From Candidatus Poseidoniaceae archaeon (GTDB lineage Archaea > Thermoplasmatota > Poseidoniia > Poseidoniales > Poseidoniaceae), in the NCBI GenBank assembly GCA_938084675.1, contig CALKGM010000012.1:12678-76677 (forward strand): a DNA stretch of 64,000 bases, given 5' to 3'. Shown here piece by piece: positions 27,323 to 37,699 of this stretch. The translations under genes and the position numbers were made by a program. The notes beneath the pieces were generated by a model. That model ran no database searches and was not told the origin of the DNA. It saw only the letters and a program-made list of their open reading frames with translations. How positions within the stretch are numbered: the stretch's first letter is position 1; every line of letters begins with the position of its first letter.

Positions 27323-29611
27323 TCAGGGAGTTGTCATCAATGTTCGTTCGCATTCTGCTAGGCGAGTTTTAGCAACAGTATGATCTGGATCTATGGCAAG
27401 AACCGCTCGCCATGCAGCCTCTGCTTCATCAAGGCGTTCTGCATTGTGAAGAAGTGCTGCGATGTGTAATCGAGCATCCAAATGTTGTCCATCGCAGCGA
27501 ACCGCTGCTTCAAAGTCAGAAAGAGCGTTGTCAATCTTAGACCATTCCAGGTAAAGAAGACCTCGCTGATGCCATGCTGGTGCATGTTCAGGTGAATGGC
27601 GGAGGGCTTCATTTAGCGGTGATTCTGCTCGCTCGGGCCGGTCCATGCTCATGTAGCACGCTGCGAGCTGTGTCAGGGCGTGAGTATGGTGAGGGGCGGT
27701 TTCAAGGACGTGTCGAAGTTGCTTGCTTGCAAGTTCCCATTCTCCGAGCATCATGTGGCCTTCAGCCTTCCGAACGCGAGCGAGGCCAAGCATTGGAGCC
27801 ATGTCCAAAAGAATCTCTGCGTCATCCAGCACACTCCTGCCTTCATTCATTGCCATTGAGATGGAACTACGATTCAACCGTGCACGAATGTGCCCTGGGT
27901 CAATGCTTAGGCACTCGGTGAATTTTTTGTGAGCCATTTCGAGACGTCCTGTTCGGGCTGCTATGTTGCCGCGAACATAGGCCACTGTAGCACTGGCCCC
28001 GTGGACATCTGCCGCGTCGATGAAACTTGAGGCCGCGTTAACGTCATTGGTATCTAAGGCTAGGAGAGCGGATTCCGTGGCGACAGAAGCGTCGTTTTCA
28101 TCCATCAGGCGGCGGGCACGAGCAAGTGATTCGCTCGCAACCTCAACATCGCCGAGCATTCGTTGAGTACGAGCAAGTCCAAGCCATCCAACGCCCAATT
28201 CTCGGTCAAGAGACAACGCGCCGTTAAACGACTTGAGAGACGCATCCAAAAGGGCGGTATCTGTTTGTCCCGTTCCATCACGATGCCGGTCAGCATGGGC
28301 GAGATGAAGCCGACCCTCAACGGTGTGAAGAAGGGCGTGGTCAATGCCTTCTGGCGTTCCTGAAAGAAGTTCTTGAGCCTCATCAATTCTGTGATTAAGA
28401 AGGAACTTTCCGGCGATTCGAGCACGAAGTTCTCCGTTCATTGGTTGTGCTTCGAGAGCGCCCAAGAGCGTTTCTTCCGCAGCAACTCCTGACCCTTCCA
28501 ACTCCAAGAGTTCGGATTTTAGGAAAATGGTATTGACTCCCCCGGCACTCAATGCAACTGCATGGGTTGCAGCTTTCAATGCATTGCGCTCATTGCCTTT
28601 TACACCAGCAAGCAAGCGAGCTTTGAGAGCCCATGCTTCCCCGCATTGTCGCTCAAGCGTCAAGCAGCGTTCGTTGGCCTCTAGAGCAAGTGGAAGTTCA
28701 CCCTCCGCCTCAAGTAAAAGAGCATAGGAAAGCCAATCTTCATGGCGACTCGGATCTTCCGCGAGGGCTTGTTCAATCGCTTCAAGGGCCTCTGAACGAG
28801 CTCCGGCACGGGCCCGTAGCCCCGATAACAAGGAACGGTCTGCAGCAGTATCAACTCCAAGGGCTTCGAGCCGGCGGACCGCACGTTCTGCTTCTTCATC
28901 TCCCATTGAGGCGAGGAGATGGGCGTGTGACCGCAGCAACGCTGGATCGTCGGGTGTAATTTTCATGCGGGCTTCTAGCCAATGGCGTTGCAATGCTTCA
29001 TCGCCCCGAAGTCGCGCAATGTATTCAAGACCCTCGACAATGCTCGCATGGCCTGGTGAGCGTTGATAGGCAATGCCTAGAGCACTTTCTGCCCAAACAT
29101 GGTGTTGAATGTTGAGCGCTGCAAGCCCGAGACGATGTGCCGTATCAGAATCCACTCGGAGGTCAGCCATCGTATGGTGGTGTGAGTCCAGCAGAGCAAG
29201 GAGCCGTTTCAACATGGATTGGTGTGTTGGCGTTAGTGAAGAAATACCTACGGCTTCAACGGTCTGATGTTGGACGATACTCGCCAAAGCGTGGCATGTT
29301 TCTGAGATGTCCATCGTCGTCTCAGTTGAATGTTCATGTCGATTCAAAAAGGCATGAACTGTGAGGGATGCATCAATTTCTGGATGGATGGCTCGCAGTG
29401 AATCCATGGTCTCTTGCAGGTCATTGACCTGATGGTGAGTATCTTCAGCAGAACGGTTGAGTTGGTGGAAGTGAGTTGCCTGTGATTCCCTCAGAAGAGT
29501 TTGCATATCAAGGAGGCGAATGACCCGTTTACTGGTGCTTAGCATCCAATATCCAACTGCACCAGCAGCACTGAGTGTGGTCAATCCTACAACGACGGCA
29601 AAAGCGCTCAT
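27323..29611 (-). CDS. tetratricopeptide-repeat (TPR) protein with N-terminal TM anchor
   Basis: 762 aa. N-terminal helix FAVVVGLTTLSAAGAVGYWML. Many A/L-rich 34-residue repeats with W-LG-Y / A-A-A patterns. 29 bp upstream of the ARLAEE gene. Confidence 0.65.
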   Translation of the reverse strand: MSAFAVVVGLTTLSAAGAVGYWMLSTSKRVIRLLDMQTLLRESQATHFHQLNRSAEDTHHQVNDLQETMDSLRAIHPEIDASLTVHAFLNRHEHSTETTMDISETCHALASIVQHQTVEAVGISSLTPTHQSMLKRLLALLDSHHHTMADLRVDSDTAHRLGLAALNIQHHVWAESALGIAYQRSPGHASIVEGLEYIARLRGDEALQRHWLEARMKITPDDPALLRSHAHLLASMGDEEAERAVRRLEALGVDTAADRSLLSGLRARAGARSEALEAIEQALAEDPSRHEDWLSYALLLEAEGELPLALEANERCLTLERQCGEAWALKARLLAGVKGNERNALKAATHAVALSAGGVNTIFLKSELLELEGSGVAAEETLLGALEAQPMNGELRARIAGKFLLNHRIDEAQELLSGTPEGIDHALLHTVEGRLHLAHADRHRDGTGQTDTALLDASLKSFNGALSLDRELGVGWLGLARTQRMLGDVEVASESLARARRLMDENDASVATESALLALDTNDVNAASSFIDAADVHGASATVAYVRGNIAARTGRLEMAHKKFTECLSIDPGHIRARLNRSSISMAMNEGRSVLDDAEILLDMAPMLGLARVRKAEGHMMLGEWELASKQLRHVLETAPHHTHALTQLAACYMSMDRPERAESPLNEALRHSPEHAPAWHQRGLLYLEWSKIDNALSDFEAAVRCDGQHLDARLHIAALLHNAERLDEAEAAWRAVLAIDPDHTVAKTRLAECERTLMTTP

Positions 29612-29792
29612 TGACCCTCACCCGTCCGGTGTGCCTTTATGGTCTGCGGCTAAAAGATAGGGTAATATGCCTATTTAGGCGGTCTTTTTTCATCCCCGAA
29701 TTGGACGATTTAAAGGAAATTAAGCATTTTTCCATTCCACCTTTGCTCACATTCAAAGGCTCCCTGTAACGAAGCAGGTTTGGTGAGGTCAG

Positions 29793-32543
29793 TTGACAGA
29801 TGAGACCGAGGGGGGCGTTTGGTACTCAGAACGTCTTGAATCCCTGGTTCGGTTCGGGTTTCAGCGAGAGCGTGTAGAGACTTTTCTACATGAAGATGAA
29901 GCCCACATTGTAGACCGACTTGCGTGGCTAGAAGCACGACGGGAACAAGCCTCTCAAATCGAAGACCGAATCGTATCATTCGGGGCAGAACACTCCAATC
30001 ATGGTGTTGATTTTTCACTGATTACCGAAGCACTCGCCGATCCTTTTGCTGTAGATGATATGTTTTCATCGTTTGAACGGATGATGGCTCAACACGCACC
30101 TTGGGAGCCGGCTTTGGAACGGGGAAAGGTGGCCTGGCATGAATTCGGATTAGGAGAGGATTGGAAACGCCTCTATCAACGGCTAGCCAACCTGGACGCC
30201 TCAAGTGCCGCATCGATTCAAATCCTATATCCATTATTTGGGCAACCAGAGCGCTTTGATGAACTGTTTCGCCATCTGGACATCATAGAAATGGATGAAG
30301 ACCGTCAACGAAGCGTCATGAGACAAGGTTATGATTCCTTGAAAGCGATGGGTTACCATCTTCCTGACATTGAACATCATTCGCTGATGGACGCCTTCGC
30401 AGTGATTGAAAAATGGCAAGGTTTCCATCATGTATCTGAGCAACTCAAACTATCAATCGCTCAACTTATCACTCCCTTTGATGAAGAATTGAGTCAAGAT
30501 TTGGAACATCGTCGCTCTTCGATAAATAGTATTGAGCAGGTTGATGAACTCCACGAGGTCGAAAGAGAAGTCAGCCGTTTGGGTCAGACTTTTGAAGACC
30601 GGCGATTGGAAGTCTCAACGATTATCCAAGAGTGGAGAGGATTGGGGATTGTATTTCCTCACGAGGGAGATTTACATCCGAGTGAGTTAATGGAATGGGA
30701 AGCCAACTTGGAATCCATCAAAGATTCAATCGACCAACATTTGGCCTTAGTAGAGCGGTGGAATCGCTTTGAACGGTATTGGCCAAGCCGTGTTGAAACG
30801 AGTAGGAAATGGGTCGGTTTGATTGAACACAGCGAAGAGTTACAAGACGCTGTGGACGCTTTAGACCAACTTTGGAAACAATTGGAACTTGACGGCCTCT
30901 CTCTTTTAGATCACTTTGAGGGCGCAGGGCTGGTTCTGGATGAGTGGCGCCAACGATTGTTTGAAGACCCGTTGAGAACAGTGGAAATGTTAACCCATGC
31001 ACGGCCGAAATGGGATAGGGCGGTTTCTCTTATCGGGAAGTTGGAAGCTGTTGACGTGTCTTTTGAAGGGGAAGACGGGGTAACAGGACGCGTTAGATTG
31101 TTGCGCGAAACTGAACTTAGTGTTGAGTTGATGGATGAGGTGGAGCGCTTTATCAATGAACGAACGCGAAGAAATAACCGCCACCGAGACATGCTCAACA
31201 GAGAACTTGCTGACCTAAGAATCGCCGATAAGATCGGTACTGAACGGGACACTTTTGCTATGAACCTCAATGAGTTTGAACGTTATGTTGCTGCACTACA
31301 GCGCTCGGATTCAACGGCGATTTTGGGGGCTACATCGTCACTCCCAACCCGATTTATTTCTCAGTTGAACAGAGAGGTTGAGCAGCTTAAGGAGATGGGT
31401 TGGGATGTTGAAGACTGGATTTCATCTTTACCTGACCATCCAGGAGATGTCGCTCGACAACTCAATTTAGCGCGACAGCATATCCAACATCATGAAGTGT
31501 TGAGGCGCCGACTTCAGAACCTTCCGTGGAATAAAGATGTCAATTTAGCATTGCAACTGGAATTGGATTTGAGGCGCCCCTCCCGCTTGCCTTCGCTCAG
31601 CGATAGGATTCCTGCATTATCTGCACATCTTGCACAGCGAGCCGTGGAAGACGAATCGTTTGAACTCAAATTATGGAAACCAAGAGTTGCTCGTCCAACC
31701 TTGGTCCCACTCCACGAAAGAGAACGGCCCGTTCAAGCACCTGCAGACACACTTGAGGACGCCCATGAGGCCATGCTTGAAGCTATGGAGCCTCATGATA
31801 GCGAGAAGAACTTTGACGATGCAGAAGAACCCACACTTCCAATTTCAGAGCAACCATCAAGCCTGAAAACAGATTACAAAGCAGTTGATACGGTACCGGA
31901 GGTACAACGAGTTGAAGCCTCAACCGCTAGCGAAGAGGATGTCGTTGTGGAACTGGATGAGCAACTGGACGAAGACATGCCGAGTGAGCCAATAATGCCC
32001 TTGCGTGAGGACCCATTGCCTGTTCGCCAGGATGCAAATGTAGAGGATACTTCTGCCGCTTTGAACGCTCTTACAACTTTGCTCTCCCAACTCGGATTGA
32101 CCGATGCCGCTCATTCAACTGAGCACAGTGGTCTTGACGCAATGGGGGACGTGCGAAGGGTACTCGCTGGACATGTGAATGTCACTCCTCGCGATGTCCG
32201 CATTGCCCGCTTGCTACGAATTGCATTGAGATGTTTACCTGATGGTACGGGAGACGACAAGCAGCGAGCCGATGTGTTGCAGGTACTCTCAAATTCAATT
32301 AAGCCCCTAAAAAAGTGGATGCGCCATCGATTGGAATCACGTCACTCGGGTGCAAGTGGCGACCTCTTGAAAGATGCTGCTGAACTCGGAACTGCCCTCA
32401 CCCGAATACCAGGTCCAGGCCGAAGGGTTCCCCTGATGCAGGACGAATATGTTCTGCCGCACGCTCTTAATGACATTAAGAAGGAAGCTCAACGCCTCTA
32501 TGATGCGATTGTTTTGCCTTCTGCAGGCGGCGTTGCAGCCTAA
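29793..32543 (+). CDS. large acidic hypothetical protein (916 aa)
   Basis: TTG start in the track. No recognisable catalytic motif. E/D/R/L-rich. Confidence 0.45.
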   Translation: MTDETEGGVWYSERLESLVRFGFQRERVETFLHEDEAHIVDRLAWLEARREQASQIEDRIVSFGAEHSNHGVDFSLITEALADPFAVDDMFSSFERMMAQHAPWEPALERGKVAWHEFGLGEDWKRLYQRLANLDASSAASIQILYPLFGQPERFDELFRHLDIIEMDEDRQRSVMRQGYDSLKAMGYHLPDIEHHSLMDAFAVIEKWQGFHHVSEQLKLSIAQLITPFDEELSQDLEHRRSSINSIEQVDELHEVEREVSRLGQTFEDRRLEVSTIIQEWRGLGIVFPHEGDLHPSELMEWEANLESIKDSIDQHLALVERWNRFERYWPSRVETSRKWVGLIEHSEELQDAVDALDQLWKQLELDGLSLLDHFEGAGLVLDEWRQRLFEDPLRTVEMLTHARPKWDRAVSLIGKLEAVDVSFEGEDGVTGRVRLLRETELSVELMDEVERFINERTRRNNRHRDMLNRELADLRIADKIGTERDTFAMNLNEFERYVAALQRSDSTAILGATSSLPTRFISQLNREVEQLKEMGWDVEDWISSLPDHPGDVARQLNLARQHIQHHEVLRRRLQNLPWNKDVNLALQLELDLRRPSRLPSLSDRIPALSAHLAQRAVEDESFELKLWKPRVARPTLVPLHERERPVQAPADTLEDAHEAMLEAMEPHDSEKNFDDAEEPTLPISEQPSSLKTDYKAVDTVPEVQRVEASTASEEDVVVELDEQLDEDMPSEPIMPLREDPLPVRQDANVEDTSAALNALTTLLSQLGLTDAAHSTEHSGLDAMGDVRRVLAGHVNVTPRDVRIARLLRIALRCLPDGTGDDKQRADVLQVLSNSIKPLKKWMRHRLESRHSGASGDLLKDAAELGTALTRIPGPGRRVPLMQDEYVLPHALNDIKKEAQRLYDAIVLPSAGGVAA

Positions 32544-32544
32544 T

Positions 32545-33609
32545 TCAATCCCACAATGGGTCCAGGGCTGGCGCCCCGGCTTGCGGCACAGGAGGGGGAA
32601 GCGGCGGCGGCGGGAGCGAATTGAATGGAACCATTGCTGGGGCCGCGGGTGCTGGCGGTAACGGAAGGGGTTGTGGAATCGGTGCTGCTACAGGTGGAGG
32701 AACCTCCCGTTGAGGCGCCGTAACAGGAGGCCCTGCTAGAGGAATCGGTTGAAGCGCAGGTGGAGCTGGAATTTGGGACGGTATGGGCGGTTGTGGGGAT
32801 ATGTTTTGGAGCGGTTGTGTGGCCGGAACAGGTGATGGCTTAACGTGTTCAATCACGGTTGGCTGTATTGGTTGCTTCATGGACTCTACGATAACATCAA
32901 TGTGTTGCGTATCAAGTTCCCCATCCCGCAAGAAACCTACGAATGCCGGCCCGAGAAGGGCGGTACTGTTGTAGATCAAAAACGGGTTTTGCCTCCACCC
33001 CGAGAGGTAAAAGTCATGGCGTCCCCCGTGGTCAGAAAAGGAAATCCGATGCAGGTCCAATTTAGCCAATAGTATTCCTGCGAGTCCAGCCAAAATGAAT
33101 GCTCCTCCGCCGATCATGGGTAGGCTAGTAAACATCATCAGCCAAACAAACAGGCCAAAAACCATCGAGCACGCCCAAATCGGCATGAGGCGTTGAAAAA
33201 TGTCGAGGTGCGTGTGGGAATATCCAGAAATGTGCTCCTTAACAAGAGCCATGCGCACGTTGAGGCGGCGAATACCGTCTGTGTCGTACCGAGACTCTAC
33301 AATCCTCATCAGCTTTTCATCAACAATAAGTGAGGTTGACTGGTGCCCCGTTACATGTTGACTCAAAGGAAACTCCGTTACCGTTTCACCTTGGAGAGCC
33401 AATATAGGGGCTGCTCGAACCGGAAATGACCATTCTGTTGACGGGGTATCCTCTTCATTATCAGCCTCAGAATCGGAATCATCTCCCTCTTCCGTACCGT
33501 TATTGTGAGCCTTGGTTGGTTGAGTTACCTCTCCGAGAGTGACGTCCTCCAAAGAAGAGGTTTCTTCTTCCTCTTGCGCGGGCCAGTCCGTAGCAATGTC
33601 TTCGTCCAT
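32545..33609 (-). CDS. membrane protein with acidic N-terminus and extreme Pro-rich C-terminal tail (hypothetical)
   Basis: 354 aa. TM helices (MVFGLFVWLMMFTSLPMIGGGAFILAGLAGILLA). C-terminal PxxP-rich 100 aa. Confidence 0.45.
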   Translation of the reverse strand: MDEDIATDWPAQEEEETSSLEDVTLGEVTQPTKAHNNGTEEGDDSDSEADNEEDTPSTEWSFPVRAAPILALQGETVTEFPLSQHVTGHQSTSLIVDEKLMRIVESRYDTDGIRRLNVRMALVKEHISGYSHTHLDIFQRLMPIWACSMVFGLFVWLMMFTSLPMIGGGAFILAGLAGILLAKLDLHRISFSDHGGRHDFYLSGWRQNPFLIYNSTALLGPAFVGFLRDGELDTQHIDVIVESMKQPIQPTVIEHVKPSPVPATQPLQNISPQPPIPSQIPAPPALQPIPLAGPPVTAPQREVPPPVAAPIPQPLPLPPAPAAPAMVPFNSLPPPPLPPPVPQAGAPALDPLWD

Positions 33610-33650
33610 ATACCGCCAAAGGCGATGTTGCTTTTCAACGAACCGCTCAC

Positions 33651-34850
33651 TCAGCGGTGGACTTCAGAAAGCCAGATCTTCACGCCCTCGGGGGCCTTGA
33701 AATCCTTGCCTTCTTTGGTACCAATCAGTGTGGATGCGGTGGATTGGTTGATGTAATCCAGTACCTTTCCAGTTACAGGTCCGTTGAAGATTACAGCTTC
33801 GGCCTCTTCTGATTCTGTCATTGCTGATTCAAGTTTTGAGGGTCCGATTTGTTCGGAAAATGTACCGTCAGCAAATCGAATAACGGCTTTGTTCTTACCG
33901 ATGTCTTCCGCCATGTCAAACAATTCTTGGATGTCTGCTGGAGCGAGTTCAACTTCTTCAGAAGTGAATTCTTCATCCATGTCCTTATCCCAATCCTTAT
34001 CATTTTCACCACCGAATTTTTCGTTATCCTTGGCTTCCTTGTTGTCAAGTTGGTGCTTGAATTTAGCAGCGTCTACCTTCTTTTGAAGGCGCATGGTGAC
34101 CGTCTTTTGAGGCAACAACTCCCACTCTTGTCCAACCGGTGCTTGAGCAACATGATCGACCTTCATCATGTCATAGAGTTGTAAGAATAGCATTTCACCG
34201 CCACGGTCACCATCAATAGCAACGGTAACGCTTTCCTTGCTGTTTGCCAAATCGATCAGTTCTTGCTTGATGTTGCCCGAGCCATCGGCACTGATAGCGT
34301 TCTTTAGGCCACAGTTCAGCAGGTTTCGAACGTCGTTTCGACCTTCCACGATGATCAAGGAAGATGAGGATTCAACGTTTGGCCCACATGTTAGTCCATG
34401 GAAGGAGGTTGCAGTTCCAGTTGTGAGTACTGAACGAACTTCTTCAATTACAGTCTTTGATGCAGCTTCTCCAGAGTTGACAAGAGAGAGGAGGAGTTCC
34501 TTTGCTCGGTCAACAACTGCAGTTCTCTTCGTAGCACGAATGTCGCTAATTTCAACAACTTTGATGATGGAGTTGCAGGGTCCAATTCGGTCAATTGTTT
34601 CTAACGCACTACCAATGATGGCAGTTTCAACGTTATCCATGCTGCTTGGAATGATGATTGTTCCGTGCACTTTTCCGTTCTTGGTTTCCATTTCAACATC
34701 AACGTGCCCGATACGAGCGGTGCGTTGGAGTTTTCGAAGTTCAAGTTCATCGCCAAGAAGCCCTTCGGTTTGGCCCATTATGGCCCCGATGATGTCCTTG
34801 CGTTGGACCGTTCCGTTCACTTTAATATCGGCTCGAATTTGATATTTCAT
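33651..34850 (-). CDS. dnaG: archaeal DnaG-type primase / exosome-associated Toprim protein
   Basis: Start at internal ATG MKYQIRADIKVNGTVQRKDIIGAIMGQTEGLLG (characteristic archaeal DnaG N-terminus). Toprim motifs IIVEGRNDV ... AIDGDRGGE. Confidence 0.8.
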   Translation of the reverse strand: MKYQIRADIKVNGTVQRKDIIGAIMGQTEGLLGDELELRKLQRTARIGHVDVEMETKNGKVHGTIIIPSSMDNVETAIIGSALETIDRIGPCNSIIKVVEISDIRATKRTAVVDRAKELLLSLVNSGEAASKTVIEEVRSVLTTGTATSFHGLTCGPNVESSSSLIIVEGRNDVRNLLNCGLKNAISADGSGNIKQELIDLANSKESVTVAIDGDRGGEMLFLQLYDMMKVDHVAQAPVGQEWELLPQKTVTMRLQKKVDAAKFKHQLDNKEAKDNEKFGGENDKDWDKDMDEEFTSEEVELAPADIQELFDMAEDIGKNKAVIRFADGTFSEQIGPSKLESAMTESEEAEAVIFNGPVTGKVLDYINQSTASTLIGTKEGKDFKAPEGVKIWLSEVHR

Positions 34851-34945
34851 AGCCTTGCCTTTTGAATTTCCGCCGCCACTGCGACTGTTGTTTCTTCCCA
34901 TGAGAATTCCTCTTTTTCTTACGAACACATGAACCTTGCAAATCA

Positions 34946-35608
34946 GTGCCGAATAATCTATCCGGTGCTGTTATTTGCAGCCATCCTCGGAAGGATGAAG
35001 TGAGTGTGAACAAATCTCCCAGCGGCCAACCCTTTTTGAAACCTCTCCACGAACGAAACCCCAATGTTATGTTTTTTTGGAACGGATTCTTCAAGTGGAT
35101 GAAGTTCTTGGGTGAACATGTGTCATCGCCGGAACTCGGGAGTTTGGATGTTTTCCGTTCCACCGTTGAGGTCATGCTTATTGATGGCGTCCTTACGAGG
35201 GAAGAGAAGCGCTTAATCATCAAACTCGCCAACGTTTTGGAATTAACTCCTGACGAGCCTGCCTACATTTACGAGGCCATTCAAACCAAACGTGACTCTC
35301 GGCCAGGTCCTTCGGTATCCCATGAGGTTATGCGCTCAATTTACACCAAGGTGTTTGAGGTCGCTATCGTCAATGCCTCACTTTCTCGTGATGAATTTCG
35401 CGTGCTTGCCCACCTACGATCACAATTTGACATCGACGACGAACAGCACAAAGAAATTGAAGCTGAGTTACGCGAAATGGTCAAAGAAAAATATGAAGAT
35501 GAAGCCGTCATCGACACCCTGATGAATACCTTGCGGGATTCGGTGGGAATGGTGGGGGACCTCTTTGATACGTTCAGAAAACGAATCAATGAGGGTGAAA
35601 CCCGTTGA
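34946..35608 (+). CDS. hypothetical protein (possible TerB-like helical domain)
   Basis: GTG start in the track. First gene of a four-gene plus-strand run with 4-nt overlaps. Confidence 0.35.
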   Translation: MPNNLSGAVICSHPRKDEVSVNKSPSGQPFLKPLHERNPNVMFFWNGFFKWMKFLGEHVSSPELGSLDVFRSTVEVMLIDGVLTREEKRLIIKLANVLELTPDEPAYIYEAIQTKRDSRPGPSVSHEVMRSIYTKVFEVAIVNASLSRDEFRVLAHLRSQFDIDDEQHKEIEAELREMVKEKYEDEAVIDTLMNTLRDSVGMVGDLFDTFRKRINEGETR

Positions 35609-36228
35609 ATCCTCATCTTGATGACTGGTTGGAGTCCCAGCCCACTTCGTTGCTGAAATCCAAGCGTAAGATGATGAAGTTCCTCAAGCAGGCCTACGGG
35701 GTTTGTGTTGGTAATTTTGCGAATAAACCGAGAACTGACATCACCACTCAGGACGGGACTTTTTCGTTTCATATGGGGAGCCCTTTACCGGATTTACGCC
35801 AAATTAGTTCTTGGATGTTGACCCATTCTCCAAACCAGCGAACATTGGCAAAACTCATCCCGGCCCTTTGGAAACGGCACGGGCGAGAAGATGTTTCTAT
35901 GGCTGGATTATTTCTCGCAAATCTAGCGTTAGAAGACCTTGCTCAAGATCCGTGGATGGCGTTCATTCACCTTTTACAAAAAAAAGAGCCACTATCGGCG
36001 GTCCTTGAAGTCGCAGAAGAGATCGTTCGTGGAGGCCATACTTCTCCAAACGATGAATGGTTGATTGCTGCAAGTGAGCAAAGCCCTCACTGGCATCAAT
36101 ACTGTGTGCTTTTCTTATCGCTTAGAAAGGAGCAAACTGGCGCATCGCGCCATCTTATTTCGACCGCTCCAAAAGGTGGAGAACTGTTCGAACGAATCCG
36201 TGAACGCCTGCTCATAGCGGAGCATTGA
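35605..36228 (+). CDS. hypothetical protein (207 aa, helical; weak resemblance to DNA-alkylation-repair HEAT-like proteins)
   Basis: TTG start overlapping the previous stop. Low-confidence family guess only. Confidence 0.35.
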   Translation: MNPHLDDWLESQPTSLLKSKRKMMKFLKQAYGVCVGNFANKPRTDITTQDGTFSFHMGSPLPDLRQISSWMLTHSPNQRTLAKLIPALWKRHGREDVSMAGLFLANLALEDLAQDPWMAFIHLLQKKEPLSAVLEVAEEIVRGGHTSPNDEWLIAASEQSPHWHQYCVLFLSLRKEQTGASRHLISTAPKGGELFERIRERLLIAEH

Positions 36229-36464
36229 TGGACATCTTACAAGGTGTAGTGACCATGACGGAACGGTTTCTTCCAGCAGAAGACCCAGTTCTTGAGAGTG
36301 TTTTACGTTGGACTGTGGACCGAGATGCGCGCGACGTCAGGCGACTCCTTGAATGGTTACCAGAAGCTCGTTCCAGTCGAGAAAGAAAGGCACTTCTCGA
36401 TCGTGTTCGGGGATTACTCAAAGAATTAGAAGAGGCGTTAAATCAGCTTGACGGTATGCACTGA
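36228..36464 (+). CDS. small hypothetical protein (~78 aa)
   Basis: ATG at 36228 overlaps the previous TGA (TGATG). Confidence 0.35.
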   Translation: MDILQGVVTMTERFLPAEDPVLESVLRWTVDRDARDVRRLLEWLPEARSSRERKALLDRVRGLLKELEEALNQLDGMH

Positions 36465-36473
36465 GGGGCTTTC

Positions 36474-37013
36474 ATGTCGTTTACTGGACTACTGTTGGCA
36501 GGCGGAGAAAGTCTGCGGATGGGTCAAGATAAGGCGCTGATGTATGGGGGAGTAGCACGACTCAAAGAGGTCTTGTTACGTTGCGGGGCACACCGTGTCA
36601 TTGTGCTTTGCGGAGCAGAGGCGCGGGTTGATTTCTTCAAAGGGGAAACCTGGGCTGACCCTCCGCATTGCAACGGCGTTCATCAGGTGGTTGAGTGGGC
36701 TCTGAGCCAAATTAAAGGAGATGTCATGTTGGTGCCCTGCGATGCATTCCTCTTTGAAGAAAGAGCGTGCAGGGCCTTTTTGGAAATGGCACAACAGGGA
36801 GGTGTTCCTGCTGACTTGAACGGTCGGAGACAACCTTTGTTCTCATTCATTCCAGAATTCTTTGAGCCGCCCTCATCTGTTATATCGATGCGAACCATGA
36901 CCGATTCTCTTCCAACCCTTAGCATACAGGGCTTTGGGCAATGTTTCACGAATTTCAATCGTTCTGAGGAGATTGAGGAACATCAACATGAACTCTCCCA
37001 GATTTCATGGTAA
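36474..37013 (+). CDS. MobA-like nucleotidyltransferase (molybdenum cofactor guanylyltransferase-like)
   Basis: N-terminal LLAGGESLRMGQDKAL matches the MobA GGxSxRMG-DK motif. 179 aa. Confidence 0.55.
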   Translation: MSFTGLLLAGGESLRMGQDKALMYGGVARLKEVLLRCGAHRVIVLCGAEARVDFFKGETWADPPHCNGVHQVVEWALSQIKGDVMLVPCDAFLFEERACRAFLEMAQQGGVPADLNGRRQPLFSFIPEFFEPPSSVISMRTMTDSLPTLSIQGFGQCFTNFNRSEEIEEHQHELSQISW

Positions 37014-37632
37014 CATAGCCTTGAGCAATCCAATTAAGCACTTTGGGATAGAGACGATGCTCCTCAACCTTTACTCGGTTGCTCAAGGAAATCTCGTCAT
37101 CACCGTTGAGCACCGGTACGGTTTCTTGGGCAAGCACGGCCCCAGTATCCATTCCTTCATCGACCATGTGAACCGTACAACCAGTTAATTTAGCCCCTGA
37201 TGCAATAACATCTCTGTGAGCGTGAGCTCCTGGGAAATGAGGAAGATAGGACGGGTGAATGTTAACGATTCTACCGCCCCATGTGCTAAGGAAATTGGGG
37301 GAGAGAAGACGCATATAGCCTGAAAGAACGACGAATTCAATGTCATGCCGTTCTAGAACTTCCATGATCGCTTGTTCGTGAGCAACCCGCGTATTCTCAG
37401 CGCCCTTGGGAGGGAGGACCACTTCAACCTCTACGCCGAGTTGATGAGCGAGTTGAATTCCTCCTGCTTCCGAGCGATTGGAAAGAACGACAACCGTCTG
37501 GTGAAGGAGGTTATCTTGTTGTTGTGCTTTGACCAGGGCTTGCATTCCCGAACCTGCCCCGGAGATCAAAATCGCACAACGAAGTGGATTGTCGGCCTTC
37601 GCCACTCTTCCACCCACTGGCGTTCCTGTCAT
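36955..37632 (-). CDS. purN: phosphoribosylglycinamide formyltransferase
   Basis: AILISGAGSGMQAL, NIHPSYLPHFPG, GCTVHMVDEGMDTGAVLAQ signatures. Start placed at ATG 37632 (alternatives 37656 or 37740). The 3' end overlaps the convergent mobA-like gene by ~59 bp. Confidence 0.85.
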   Translation of the reverse strand: MTGTPVGGRVAKADNPLRCAILISGAGSGMQALVKAQQQDNLLHQTVVVLSNRSEAGGIQLAHQLGVEVEVVLPPKGAENTRVAHEQAIMEVLERHDIEFVVLSGYMRLLSPNFLSTWGGRIVNIHPSYLPHFPGAHAHRDVIASGAKLTGCTVHMVDEGMDTGAVLAQETVPVLNGDDEISLSNRVKVEEHRLYPKVLNWIAQGYVTMKSGRVHVDVPQSPQND

Positions 37633-37699
37633 GATTTTCCCAAAACTCACCTTCATTTGATTACTTCGTTCATATCGGAGGGGTTTTTGAAGGCTCAGC

